Shown: positions 1 to 8,909, counted from the first letter of the stretch. The stretch is DNA of 64,000 bases from a virus (IMGVR_UViG_3300005675_000082:3777-67776), one strand, 5' to 3'. Numbers and translations: made by a program. Notes: generated from the letters alone by a model not told the origin.

Positions 1-526
1 AGCGTTGAAGTTGGGTGTTGAGACCGTTGTAGGTTAGCCTGCTACAAATTCCCTGACGACGGAGATGCCTGATGGAGTGGAGGCGATCAGTAGCTACATT
101 TTGGAGACTGGTGTAAAGGGCACAGCGCGGGTTGATCGCCGCGCAGGTGAGAGTGCAAGCCTCTCCCCATCCACTACCTTTTATCGCAAGTAGGGTACTG
201 AATCAATCACGAACGACTGTCGCCCGACGGGGAATTATGATGTAAAGGGCAGCGGGGCGGGTTGAGGGTCGAAAGCGACGATTGACCGCGATCGGGCTTT
301 CCGTAGGGTGCGGCTCGCTGCTACGGTGGACAACATAACCGTTATGGCGTCATGGGGTGGCGCGGGGAGGGGTCTCCCTGTCTGGTCAGAACAGACTAGC
401 GGTTCATTGACTGAGGTTGCGGCGGCCCTCTCCGGCGCTGTACTCGGCAGGTGAAACCAGAGGGGTGACACCGCTGAGCGCCGGGAAAACCGAACAACAA
501 ACGCCTTTCGGGGCGTTTTTTGTTTT
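1..526 (+). ncRNA. 3' part of a large structured ncRNA, GOLLD-like (5' end outside the window)
   Basis: No credible ORF. Dense short hairpins (GCGCGG/CCGCGC 125-144, GAGAG-TGCAAGC-CTCTC 149-165, CCGTAG/CTACGG 301-326, CCCTCT/AGAGGG 426-465). Ends GGGGTGACA...CCGGGAAAACCG, which resembles the GOLLD 3' end as I recall it, followed by a terminator. Confidence 0.5.
499..526 (+). terminator. Intrinsic terminator closing the ncRNA
   Basis: AACGCC-TTTCGG-GGCGTT hairpin followed by a T-tract. Confidence 0.85.
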
Positions 527-543
527 CACCTACAGGCGAAAAC
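522..543. promoter_or_regulatory. 22-bp palindrome copy 1 (putative parS-like site or operator)
   Basis: GTTTTCACCTACAGGCGAAAAC. Confidence 0.7.
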
Positions 544-557
544 TCGCTGGCGAAACA

Positions 558-586
558 TTGAGACAATAGAATAAATGTGCTATAGT
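558..586 (+). promoter_or_regulatory. sigma70-type promoter with a LexA-like box in the spacer
   Basis: TTGAGA-N17-TATAGT; AGAATAAATGTGCT at 568-581. Confidence 0.7.
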
Positions 587-622
587 TAATCTACGCTTGA
601 TATACAATTAAGGGTTAACTCA

Positions 623-1225
623 ATGGCAACATTCACCAAGAACTTTTATGGGTCAACGGGGCCAGCGTGGACAAGCATCGGCAGTAACACGATGGTCTTC
701 TGTTCCTCCCTCACCGATCTGGCGACCAACATCACGGTGGCATCATATCAGGACGGGACGCACATCGGTAACGGCGACCCAGGCACAGACCAGTGCGGCG
801 CGAACCACGCCAACAACGTCAAGTACCTGACTTCCTCCACCATGAGCGTCAACGGCGGCGGGTCGGAAAACATCAACGACACCAATCTGGTCGCCAACGA
901 ATGCACGCTGCGTTACGACTTCGCCGATGCCGCCAGCGTCGCCATCACCAGCGCCCGTTTTTACTGCTTTAATGCCTCCGTCACGACCACACGCGCCAGC
1001 GGCTTGGATGTGCAGGCGTTTGAGCGCGGTGTGTCGGCAACGGCATGGACGCAGATCAACAACGACTCCGGGGCAACCGGAGGCGACAACAGCGGGCAGC
1101 GGCTGGATTTGGGGAATAAAAGCGCCGCCACTTCCCATAACTGGTATCTGGCGATTAGCGCTAGTCCCGAAAGCGTGGGCGCAAAAAGCGCATTCGACTT
1201 CGGGATAGCTCTTATATACAGCTAA
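623..1225 (+). CDS. Putative virion structural protein (accessory fibre/spike module)
   Basis: 200 aa, Ser/Thr/Gly/Asn-rich beta-type composition; RBS present; first gene after the promoter. Confidence 0.55.
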   Translation: MATFTKNFYGSTGPAWTSIGSNTMVFCSSLTDLATNITVASYQDGTHIGNGDPGTDQCGANHANNVKYLTSSTMSVNGGGSENINDTNLVANECTLRYDFADAASVAITSARFYCFNASVTTTRASGLDVQAFERGVSATAWTQINNDSGATGGDNSGQRLDLGNKSAATSHNWYLAISASPESVGAKSAFDFGIALIYS

Positions 1226-1233
1226 GGACACCC

Positions 1234-1671
1234 ATGTTTAACGCACTGATCCAACACGGGGCAGTCCAGCAGCATGAGGGCTGGATCGCGCTACTCAACA
1301 CAGGCGAACTGGTGTTTGAAAACGCGGCGTACACGGGCATGGCGGGCGAACTGACGAGCTGGCAGATGCTGCTGACACGCTGTCGGGCCGACAACGTGCG
1401 TATCGTCGGGCTGGCGCTGCGGCGCGCGGGGGCGTGGGTGATCGCGATGGACAATGCCGACAGCTATTTTCAGGCGCGTATGGCGACCAGCGTATTGAAC
1501 CAAACGCGTGAAGAACACTTTCAGGGCATCGGCACGGTGCTGGAAGCGCAGGGGCTTATCCAGATTACCTGGGTGAGTCAGTTTGGCGTGGTGTATCACG
1601 ATATGCAGCCCTTAAGCGCGCAGTGGGTACACACCAGCCAGCGCCAGCTAAACGATTTGTATACACCGTAG
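1234..1671 (+). CDS. Hypothetical phage protein
   Basis: 145-aa ORF, collinear in the operon, RBS AAGGA. Confidence 0.65.
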   Translation: MFNALIQHGAVQQHEGWIALLNTGELVFENAAYTGMAGELTSWQMLLTRCRADNVRIVGLALRRAGAWVIAMDNADSYFQARMATSVLNQTREEHFQGIGTVLEAQGLIQITWVSQFGVVYHDMQPLSAQWVHTSQRQLNDLYTP

Positions 1672-1678
1672 GGGGAAT

Positions 1679-2170
1679 ATGCCTACCGCATGGTATTTGT
1701 GTCCCTACAGCGCACGCAACTGGCGGCGCGTCAACGATGCGCGTTACTGCGCCATGCTGGACTTCGATGACCTGATTACGGCAGATGGCGGCGCATGGGC
1801 TGAAACGGAAGTGTTGGGCAATCATGCCATTGTCAAGGTGCGCGCGTCGGCAAATACGCTGACCACCATTAACGCGGCGGCAGGGTTTACCCGTCTGCCC
1901 AAGGATCGGTTAGACGCCCCGCTGAGCGACCTGACGACCCAACAAAAGACCGCCATTCGCAACAAGGTGCTGAGTCTGGGTTATACCAGCAAGGAAATCA
2001 CCAATCGTTTTGGCAGTGACCTGGGGGCGTACACCTTGCGCGACGTGCTGCGTTTTGTAGCGACCCGCCGACTGGAAGCGCGTTATGACGATGTATTGCA
2101 GCAGGTCGTGTTAGACGGGGCAGTAGTTACCCCGCGTTCCATTGAAAGCGTAGACGAAAGGGTATTGTAA
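1679..2170 (+). CDS. Hypothetical phage protein
   Basis: 163-aa ORF with RBS GGGGGA; stop overlaps a following ATG (TAATG). Confidence 0.7.
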   Translation: MPTAWYLCPYSARNWRRVNDARYCAMLDFDDLITADGGAWAETEVLGNHAIVKVRASANTLTTINAAAGFTRLPKDRLDAPLSDLTTQQKTAIRNKVLSLGYTSKEITNRFGSDLGAYTLRDVLRFVATRRLEARYDDVLQQVVLDGAVVTPRSIESVDERVL

Positions 2171-2188
2171 TGGCAGATAACGTGGCAA

Positions 2189-2980
2189 TTAGCTTTTTAG
2201 CCGTTCAATCTCCTGCTCTAATTCATGGATACGGGTTAAGGCAAGTTGCCATTCGTGATAATAAGTGCCATAGCCAGATGTTTCACCAGGTTGATTTTTG
2301 CCGCGAATATAAAGACGGAGGTTGGTAGGGTCGTTGTTAGTCTTGATACCATCCATATGATCGACAAGTTCATTAGATTGTAAAGGACGCTGCAATTGCC
2401 TAGCCATAACAAGACGATGTTCGAGAAGATAAGTCCGTTTGTCTTTCATAGCTTCATAAAGCCAAAGGTCTTCTTGCGCAATCGCGGCGCGACCAAGTCG
2501 GATATATCCTTTGACGGGTTCAATTTTTTTACCTTGGCCGAGATTAACCCAATCATGCTTCTTTTCAAATCCAGAGCACGGAATACATCTCCCGGTGAAT
2601 TTACCTTGTCGTATTTTTGCGGCGATAGGTCCCGGAGATTTCAAACGCTTTTGCCCACAATCGGGGCACGTAATGCGGACGTGAGTCAACCGCTGCCCTT
2701 TAACCAAAACAATCTCTGTGTCATCCCAATCAACTTGTGGATGGGCTGGTCTTTCGAGTCGATCAACCCTCACTTTATTCAGCAGCCTATCCTTGTAGCA
2801 ATATCCCGTATATGTTCCCTTGCGGATACGATAAGCAACTTGCCCCGCGTCATCGAATTGTTTTTTGTGGCAGTAAGGGCATGTGGTTTGTACCAGCAAT
2901 CGTCCATTTTCAGCGCGATAAACTGTATTCCAATCAACAGCAGGATGCGGCAAGCGTTCAAATTTTTGCTTCATTACCAT
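2189..2980 (-). CDS. HNH homing endonuclease (free-standing, antisense insertion)
   Basis: EHRLVM...VDHMDGIKTNNDPTNL HNH motif; CPYC/CPDC zinc ribbons; RBS AAGGAGG; own extended -10 TGCTATAAT; more AT-rich than its flanks. Confidence 0.85.
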   Translation of the reverse strand: MVMKQKFERLPHPAVDWNTVYRAENGRLLVQTTCPYCHKKQFDDAGQVAYRIRKGTYTGYCYKDRLLNKVRVDRLERPAHPQVDWDDTEIVLVKGQRLTHVRITCPDCGQKRLKSPGPIAAKIRQGKFTGRCIPCSGFEKKHDWVNLGQGKKIEPVKGYIRLGRAAIAQEDLWLYEAMKDKRTYLLEHRLVMARQLQRPLQSNELVDHMDGIKTNNDPTNLRLYIRGKNQPGETSGYGTYYHEWQLALTRIHELEQEIERLKS

Positions 2981-3026
2981 GTTGATCCTCCTTGTAAAAT
3001 TATAGCATTCAATGGCGGAGAATGTA

Positions 3027-3830
3027 ATGGCTGATAATCTAGGATACACAGCGGGCGCTGGTTCAACAGTAGCCACAGATGATGTAGCGGGCGTGCATTA
3101 CCAGCGGGTAAAACTGGTCAACGGCACGCTGGATGCAACGGACGCGATCCCCGGTGATGCCACCAACGGGCTTGACGTGGATGTGACGCGCGTGATCCCC
3201 GGCACCGGAACCACCAACTTAGGCAAGGCGGAAGATGATGCCCATACATCAGGGGACGTGGGCGTACTCGCGCTGGCGGTGCGACGTGACAGCGCGGCAG
3301 TAGGCACAGGGACAGATGGCGACATATCCACCCTGAACGTGGATGCGCAGGGGCGGCAGTGGGTGCGTCCCGCGCCTGTGCAGGTGCGCATCAGCGTGAC
3401 CCCTACGATCAGCACGACCGCCTATACTTCTGGCGATGTCGTGGGCGGGTTGCAGACCATCTCTAACGCGGCGCGCATCAGCGGGGGGAGTGGAATAATC
3501 CAGTCGATTATTGTCGTAGACAAAACACAAGCGCAGCGCGCGGCGATGGACATTCTCTTTTTTGACCGTTCCGTCACGGTTGCGGCAGATAACGCGGCAG
3601 TTGCCACCAGCGATGGCGACATGGCAAACATTCTTGGCGTTGTCTCTATCGGTCCGTACAACACCGCATGGCCGGGCACGCCTCTCAACAGCGTTTCAAC
3701 ACTGCTCAACGTCGGATTGCCGTTTGTGCTGAACGGGACAGATTTGTATGCGGTGGCAGTGGTACGCGGCACGCCGACCTATACCAGCACGTCAGACCTG
3801 ATTTTCATCTACACGATTTTGCAGGATTAA
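3027..3830 (+). CDS. Putative virion structural protein
   Basis: MADNLGYTAGAGSTVATDD N-terminus of a type seen in phage accessory virion proteins; RBS GGAG. Confidence 0.65.
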   Translation: MADNLGYTAGAGSTVATDDVAGVHYQRVKLVNGTLDATDAIPGDATNGLDVDVTRVIPGTGTTNLGKAEDDAHTSGDVGVLALAVRRDSAAVGTGTDGDISTLNVDAQGRQWVRPAPVQVRISVTPTISTTAYTSGDVVGGLQTISNAARISGGSGIIQSIIVVDKTQAQRAAMDILFFDRSVTVAADNAAVATSDGDMANILGVVSIGPYNTAWPGTPLNSVSTLLNVGLPFVLNGTDLYAVAVVRGTPTYTSTSDLIFIYTILQD

Positions 3831-3850
3831 AAAATAGAAAGGATTTCGCC

Positions 3851-4138
3851 ATGCCCGCGCCAGAACACATTCTTGTGTACCGCATTCAACAGGGCACGTT
3901 TCGCAGCGATGCCCCCGGCAGTCTGGTGATGGATCTGGGAATACAGGCCGGATACCTGAACGACAGCAATGAGTTTATCAAGCTGTCTATCCTGAAACAC
4001 ACCATGTCACCGCAGGGCGTAGGCGATCTGTTTACCGCCAACCCCAATAACGCCGTAACCCGCATCGAAGATTTAACCACTGCGCTGGGCACGTACCTGC
4101 TGACGAACGCCATTATTGACGGGGCGCTGGTCAGCTAA
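3851..4138 (+). CDS. Hypothetical phage protein
   Basis: 95 aa from the ATG after RBS AAAGGA; coupled to the next gene. Confidence 0.6.
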   Translation: MPAPEHILVYRIQQGTFRSDAPGSLVMDLGIQAGYLNDSNEFIKLSILKHTMSPQGVGDLFTANPNNAVTRIEDLTTALGTYLLTNAIIDGALVS

Positions 4139-4866
4139 TGAGCGTTGGATACGCTATTCATACCCACGTCGGCGCGGGGACGCTGCAAGCCTCCACGGGT
4201 GCGTCCACCGTTGCCGTTAGCCCCAACGCCTCGACGCGTCCACTGGATCTGGTGGTGGTGGTCTGTTACACCGCAGCAGATGCCACGCTGGTCAATGACG
4301 CCGGGGATGGCTGGGTTATCCTTGATTCAGGGTATGACAGCGTCAACACCTACGGCATTTTTATCGCGGCGTGTATCGCGTCTCGCAACGGCGCATCAGG
4401 GTATGCAGGGTTAACCCTGCCTTCCAGCGCCGCCTATACCGCGCAGTGTTCCACGTTTCGTATCCTGCAACCGTTTAAGTTTGATCTTGCTGTCCGCGCA
4501 CGCAGTACAGGCTGGTTTAACGCCACCGCATCCTCCACGACCAGCAGCGCCCCCGCTATTCTGCAACCCTACGGGCAAGTGCTCGACATTCTGGGACGCG
4601 GGTACAACAACGGCGGCACGACCACGACCAGCGGCAACGTCACCAGCTTTACAGAACGTTTTGACACAGGGCAGGTCAGCCCCGCGCATGGCGTGGTGCT
4701 GAATGATCGTACTGCGCTGGTACTCGGCACGCAGCAGAATGCGCTGGTGTCCGGCACGCTGGCAGTGGCCAAAACCAACCGCGCGGGGGTACGCGCCATG
4801 ATCGGGATCGTCGGCAATACGACCAATCGCGGGCGTTATATGTCCAATCGCCGCGCAGGGGGATAA
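4138..4866 (+). CDS. Putative virion structural protein
   Basis: 242 aa, Thr/Ala/Gly/Ser-rich, translationally coupled. Confidence 0.6.
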   Translation: MSVGYAIHTHVGAGTLQASTGASTVAVSPNASTRPLDLVVVVCYTAADATLVNDAGDGWVILDSGYDSVNTYGIFIAACIASRNGASGYAGLTLPSSAAYTAQCSTFRILQPFKFDLAVRARSTGWFNATASSTTSSAPAILQPYGQVLDILGRGYNNGGTTTTSGNVTSFTERFDTGQVSPAHGVVLNDRTALVLGTQQNALVSGTLAVAKTNRAGVRAMIGIVGNTTNRGRYMSNRRAGG

Positions 4867-6939
4867 ATGTCACTGCTGCTGCTGTTTAATGCGCCGCCCT
4901 CGGGGGGAACCTATTCCTTCCCTTCGACGGGCATACTGGATGATTTTAACCGCGCCAACGGCGGGGTCGGTTCCAACTGGACAACCGACCCTTATGGCTT
5001 TGGCAGCGGCGGATTGCAGATTTCCAGTAATCAGGCCAGCAGCAGCGCGGGATTTGCCGAAAGTTACTGGAACGTCTCGACGTTTGGCGCAGACAGCGAA
5101 GTTTATGTAGACATCCCCACGGTGGGATCGTCCGGTCACGAAGTCTCGCTCGGCATTCGGCTACAGCAGGTCGGCGCGGCAACTGTCGATGGCTATTACA
5201 TCCAGATGCTGAAGGCGGCGGGCACAGACACCGTCATCGTGTACCGCGTCGATAACCAGACGCCGACGCAGCTGGGGTCAACGATTAACCAGGAGTTTAG
5301 TTCCGGGGACGCGCTGGGCGTCAGTATCATTGGCTCGACCCTCGAAGTGTGGCGTAAACCCTCCGGCGGGTCGTGGACGAGCCTGGGCACGTTCAGCGAC
5401 AGCACGTACAGCAGTGCCGGATACATTGCGCTCACGATTGAAAACACCACAGCACGCGTGGACAATTTCGGCGGTGGCAAGGTCGGTTATGCTATCAGCG
5501 ATAGTTTCAGCGCGTACCTGAAGGGGCAGGCCAGCGCCAGTGATACACTCGCGGCGTACCTCAAGGGACAATCATCTGCCAGTGACAGTGTAGCCGCCTT
5601 CCTCAAGGGGCAGGCGCTTGGCACAGACGCCGTACCTGCGTATCTGCGTGGGCAGGCGTCATCCAGCGACAGTGTGAGCGCGTACCTCACAGGACAGGCA
5701 TCGCTGGCTGATGTGTTGAGTGCGTATCTGCGCGGACAATCTTCCGCCAGTGACGTGTTAAGCGCCTACCTCAAAGGGCAGAATAGCGCACAGGACAGCC
5801 TGAGTGCGTTTTTGCGGGCGCAGTTGAGTGCCAGCGATAGTTTCCCCGCCTTCCTCAAGGGTCAGCAGTCCACGCAGGACTCGTTTGCAGCATTCTTGCA
5901 GGCGCAGGCGGCAGGGCAGGACAGTTTCAGCGCGTATCTGCGGGCACAGGCCAGCGCCAGCGATGTGCTGAACGCCTACCTGATGGGCGTGCTGTCAGCC
6001 AGTGATACGCTGTCGGCCTTCCTGAAAGCAGAAGCGGCCAGCAGCGACAGTTTCAGCGCTTTCCTTCAGGCACAGGCGGCAGCCAGCGACAGCCTGAATG
6101 CGTTTTTGCGGGCAGAGGCCGCAGCCAGCGACAGTTTCAGTGCCTATCTAAAGGGACAAGCCAATAGCAGTGATACGCTGTCGGCCTTTCTGCGGGCGCA
6201 GGAAACCGCAGCAGATACGTTTGCCGCGTATCTACGGGCAGAGGCCGCAGCCAGCGACAGCTTCAGCGCCTTTACGCATGGGCAAGCGCTGGCGACAGAC
6301 AGCTTCAGCGCCTATCTGGAAGGCGTGGGATCAGGGGCGGCAGCCAGCGACACGTTTTCCGCTTATCTGCATGGGCAGGCCGCCAGCAGCGACAGTTTTT
6401 CAGCCTATCTGCGTGGGCAGGCCGCCAGCAGTGATACGTTCAGCGCCTATCTGCGCGGGCAAGCCACAAGCAGCGATGCCGTGCCTGCCTTTTTGCGTGG
6501 GCAAAATAGCGCACAGGACAGCCTCAGTGCTTTCCTTCAGGCACAGGCCAGCGCCGCCGACAGCGTACAGGCGTACCTGCGCGGGCAGCTCAGCGCCAGC
6601 GACACCTTCAGCGCGTTTCTAGCGGCACAGGGGCAGGGGACGGATACCCTCGCGGCGTACCTGCGCGGGCAGGATAGCGCGCTGGATTCTGTTGCAGCGT
6701 ACTTACACGGGCAGGGAAGCGCCAGCGACAGTTTCAGCGCCTACCTGGTCGGCGGGTTCCTGATCCGCGCGCAAGTGGAAAACACCTTTGTGGCGCATCA
6801 TCGGGAGCGAGGATACACAGCGGCAGACCGGGGGCGCGACTATACCGCCCAGGGACGTGACAGAGACTACACGGCACAGGACAGGGACCGGGACTTTACA
6901 GCAGCAGGGCGTTATCGGCGCTATCGGGTAAAAAGGTAA
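4867..6939 (+). CDS. Fibre-like protein: lectin-like head, 30 x 14-aa repeats, RDYTA repeats
   Basis: 690 aa; N-terminal DDFNRANG...beta-sandwich-like region; long tandem repeat; Arg-rich C-terminus. Confidence 0.7.
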   Translation: MSLLLLFNAPPSGGTYSFPSTGILDDFNRANGGVGSNWTTDPYGFGSGGLQISSNQASSSAGFAESYWNVSTFGADSEVYVDIPTVGSSGHEVSLGIRLQQVGAATVDGYYIQMLKAAGTDTVIVYRVDNQTPTQLGSTINQEFSSGDALGVSIIGSTLEVWRKPSGGSWTSLGTFSDSTYSSAGYIALTIENTTARVDNFGGGKVGYAISDSFSAYLKGQASASDTLAAYLKGQSSASDSVAAFLKGQALGTDAVPAYLRGQASSSDSVSAYLTGQASLADVLSAYLRGQSSASDVLSAYLKGQNSAQDSLSAFLRAQLSASDSFPAFLKGQQSTQDSFAAFLQAQAAGQDSFSAYLRAQASASDVLNAYLMGVLSASDTLSAFLKAEAASSDSFSAFLQAQAAASDSLNAFLRAEAAASDSFSAYLKGQANSSDTLSAFLRAQETAADTFAAYLRAEAAASDSFSAFTHGQALATDSFSAYLEGVGSGAAASDTFSAYLHGQAASSDSFSAYLRGQAASSDTFSAYLRGQATSSDAVPAFLRGQNSAQDSLSAFLQAQASAADSVQAYLRGQLSASDTFSAFLAAQGQGTDTLAAYLRGQDSALDSVAAYLHGQGSASDSFSAYLVGGFLIRAQVENTFVAHHRERGYTAADRGRDYTAQGRDRDYTAQDRDRDFTAAGRYRRYRVKR
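5494..6762 (+). repeat. 30 tandem ~42-bp coding repeats (consensus ASDSFSAYLRGQAS)
   Basis: Counted in the translation; one unit is 17 aa. Confidence 0.9.
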
Positions 6940-6945
6940 ACACAC

Positions 6946-7260
6946 ATGGCAAATGAATTCGACAATCAAAAAACGAAAAAAGCGGCGGAGTCGGTGGTCT
7001 ACGAAATCGACTGGCGCGGCGCGGGCAATCGCAAGGCATTACGTGACAGCGATACCATTGCGACCAGCGCATGGGCATTTGTGTCCACAGGGCACGGCAT
7101 GACCCTGGATAATGATGGGGTGGTGGGTACAAACACGGTGGCACAGGTGCGCCTTGTCGGTGGAACTGTCGGCGGGCCGTACCAACTGCGTAACACGATC
7201 ACCACCAGCGCCAGCCCTGTGGAAACGCTGGTCGAAGATTTGTTCATTACGGTGGAATAG
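6946..7260 (+). CDS. Small fibre/tail adaptor-like protein
   Basis: KKAAESVVYEIDW...VRLVGGTVGGPYQLRNTITT resembles the small adaptor family (K-D-P...Y-x-I-D-W) that follows fibre genes. Confidence 0.6.
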   Translation: MANEFDNQKTKKAAESVVYEIDWRGAGNRKALRDSDTIATSAWAFVSTGHGMTLDNDGVVGTNTVAQVRLVGGTVGGPYQLRNTITTSASPVETLVEDLFITVE

Positions 7261-7282
7261 GTTTTCGCCTATAGGTGAAAAC
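7261..7282. promoter_or_regulatory. 22-bp palindrome copy 2
   Basis: GTTTTCGCCTATAGGTGAAAAC immediately after the operon stop. Confidence 0.75.
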
Positions 7283-7318
7283 TACCCCTTATCATGAAGC
7301 GGGTAGGGAGTGTTCATT

Positions 7319-7738
7319 TCACCTTCCATCATACAAAAACAGAGCGATAACGATCAGCACACGGCGGTTGCTGCCCCCGCGTAAGTAGGGGGTATTGGGG
7401 AACCGCGCCACAAAATAAGCCCCCAGCGCGTCCAGTGCCGCAACTGTCGTTTCCTTCAGGTGAATGTGATACACCTGCCGATTATGCGCCGTGATGTCGG
7501 CATAGGCTTCGGCAGCGCGCAGATAGTCCTGTTCTGTAAGGGGGTCGCCGCGTTCAATCAGGCGGCCATACAGCGCTTTCACCGCTACTTCCACCCCCCA
7601 CGAACGCCCCGTCACAACAGGCAGTCCCAACGCCTGAAGTCGCGCCGCTGCCGCCTGCTCCACCCGCGTAAGCTGCTGCTCCATACGCGAGTGCAGCGGG
7701 ATTTGTTGTTTTAACCAGTGTGCCATTGTTGTGACCAT
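7319..7738 (-). CDS. Hypothetical protein
   Basis: 139-aa ORF with RBS AAAGGA. Confidence 0.6.
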   Translation of the reverse strand: MVTTMAHWLKQQIPLHSRMEQQLTRVEQAAAARLQALGLPVVTGRSWGVEVAVKALYGRLIERGDPLTEQDYLRAAEAYADITAHNRQVYHIHLKETTVAALDALGAYFVARFPNTPYLRGGSNRRVLIVIALFLYDGR

Positions 7739-7826
7739 CGTCTATCCTTTAACACACACTATACGTTACACAGTGCGGAAACACAAGAGTGCGCTTAACT
7801 CCGTCTTCCGCTGTCCGTTTGTGCTG

Positions 7827-8150
7827 TTAAACGCCTTTATGGAATGCCTTCCGCGTCGTGTTATGCAGTGTCCCATTTACGTGCGCTCGTTTTTTGCGTG
7901 AAATTCTGTTCCCGCGATGAGCGCGCGGCACACGATATTCAATCGACCCGTCGGGCAGCAGACGCGCCAGCGAATCGGGATGATCCAGCAGCGGCGTGAT
8001 GGTGCAGCCCCAGATCGGGTATCCGCGTTCGTGCTGGCTGATGATCTCCCAGTCGATGCGCGTGACGCACCAATCCGCATAGGGATGATTGCAGCGCGAA
8101 CGTGTCGCGTCCAGGATGGCGGGCGGTTCGTAAAAGGTAATGGGCATCAT
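7827..8150 (-). CDS. Hypothetical protein
   Basis: 107-aa ORF in the leftward block. Confidence 0.5.
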   Translation of the reverse strand: MMPITFYEPPAILDATRSRCNHPYADWCVTRIDWEIISQHERGYPIWGCTITPLLDHPDSLARLLPDGSIEYRVPRAHRGNRISRKKRAHVNGTLHNTTRKAFHKGV

Positions 8151-8185
8151 TCGTCACCTTTCAGCGCAGCCTCAGCGCGTGCGCC

Positions 8186-8416
8186 TTAATCGTCCATTAC
8201 GTCACTGGTGAAATCATTTAAATCAGGGTCAAAGCGTTGGCGGTAATGAGGTTGTGCTGCGTACCATTCCAGCGCCGCGCGAAGCCGCGCGGCTTCGCGC
8301 ATGGTGTCGAGTAGTTGGCTTGCGAGTGTTAGCGCTAAATGCGTAATTCCATCGCTACGCAGTTGCAGCGTGCCATCGTTTATAAAGGCCTCAAGTTCCT
8401 CAATCGTGTAGGTCAT
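8186..8416 (-). CDS. Hypothetical protein
   Basis: 76-aa ORF with RBS. Confidence 0.5.
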   Translation of the reverse strand: MTYTIEELEAFINDGTLQLRSDGITHLALTLASQLLDTMREAARLRAALEWYAAQPHYRQRFDPDLNDFTSDVMDD

Positions 8417-8452
8417 ATTCTCTCAACTCCTACAAATACCCATTTACAACAC

Positions 8453-8908
8453 TTATTCTTCTTCTCTGTCCGGCGCTTGAAACACAATATGATACCGATT
8501 GCGTAGCGGTGGCGTGCGCTCAATCGCAAGGCTAACAGTCCCCGCCAACAGAATTTCATCACGCGATAGCAAGCGCGAAAATGTCACATAGTAAGTGTGC
8601 TTTGATGAAACGTAGACATCCTCGACAATTGGAAACCGCAGCGTTTTAAGGCGTTGACGTAACCATGCCTCTTGTTTAATTTCCTCTTGTTCTTGGTTCA
8701 AAAAGTCGGCACGCATGTTGTCTCGACTTTTAGCGCTCGCTTCCATCAACTTGTCCTGATACTGCGCTACCAAGCCTTCAATCAGGTCATGTGTCTGCGT
8801 GCCAAATGTGACGTGCAAGCCGCTGCCGGACATCAGGATTTCAAGCTGGCGCAGCACGTCATTGGCGATCAGGTGCGATGGTTTGTCCAGGTCAAATTGG
8901 TGTGTCAT
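8453..8908 (-). CDS. Hypothetical protein
   Basis: ORF in the leftward block; start moved to MTHQF. Confidence 0.55.
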   Translation of the reverse strand: MTHQFDLDKPSHLIANDVLRQLEILMSGSGLHVTFGTQTHDLIEGLVAQYQDKLMEASAKSRDNMRADFLNQEQEEIKQEAWLRQRLKTLRFPIVEDVYVSSKHTYYVTFSRLLSRDEILLAGTVSLAIERTPPLRNRYHIVFQAPDREEE

Positions 8909-8909
8909 C

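Noticed and set aside
102-173. Canonical tRNA gene
   Set aside because: The acceptor stem pairs only partly and the anticodon loop is 8 nt; kept only as a tRNA-like element.
2396-3034. 212-aa + strand ORF
   Set aside because: Antisense shadow of the HNH gene; no motifs or RBS.
2170-3050. Group I intron interrupting the gene at 2170/3027
   Set aside because: The HNH is antisense with its own promoter, there is no room for an intron core, and the downstream part has its own RBS and ATG.
5494-6762. CRISPR array or DGR template in the 42-bp repeats
   Set aside because: The repeats are in-frame degenerate coding units without spacers; no cas or reverse transcriptase gene and no adenine-specific TR/VR pair seen anywhere in the window.
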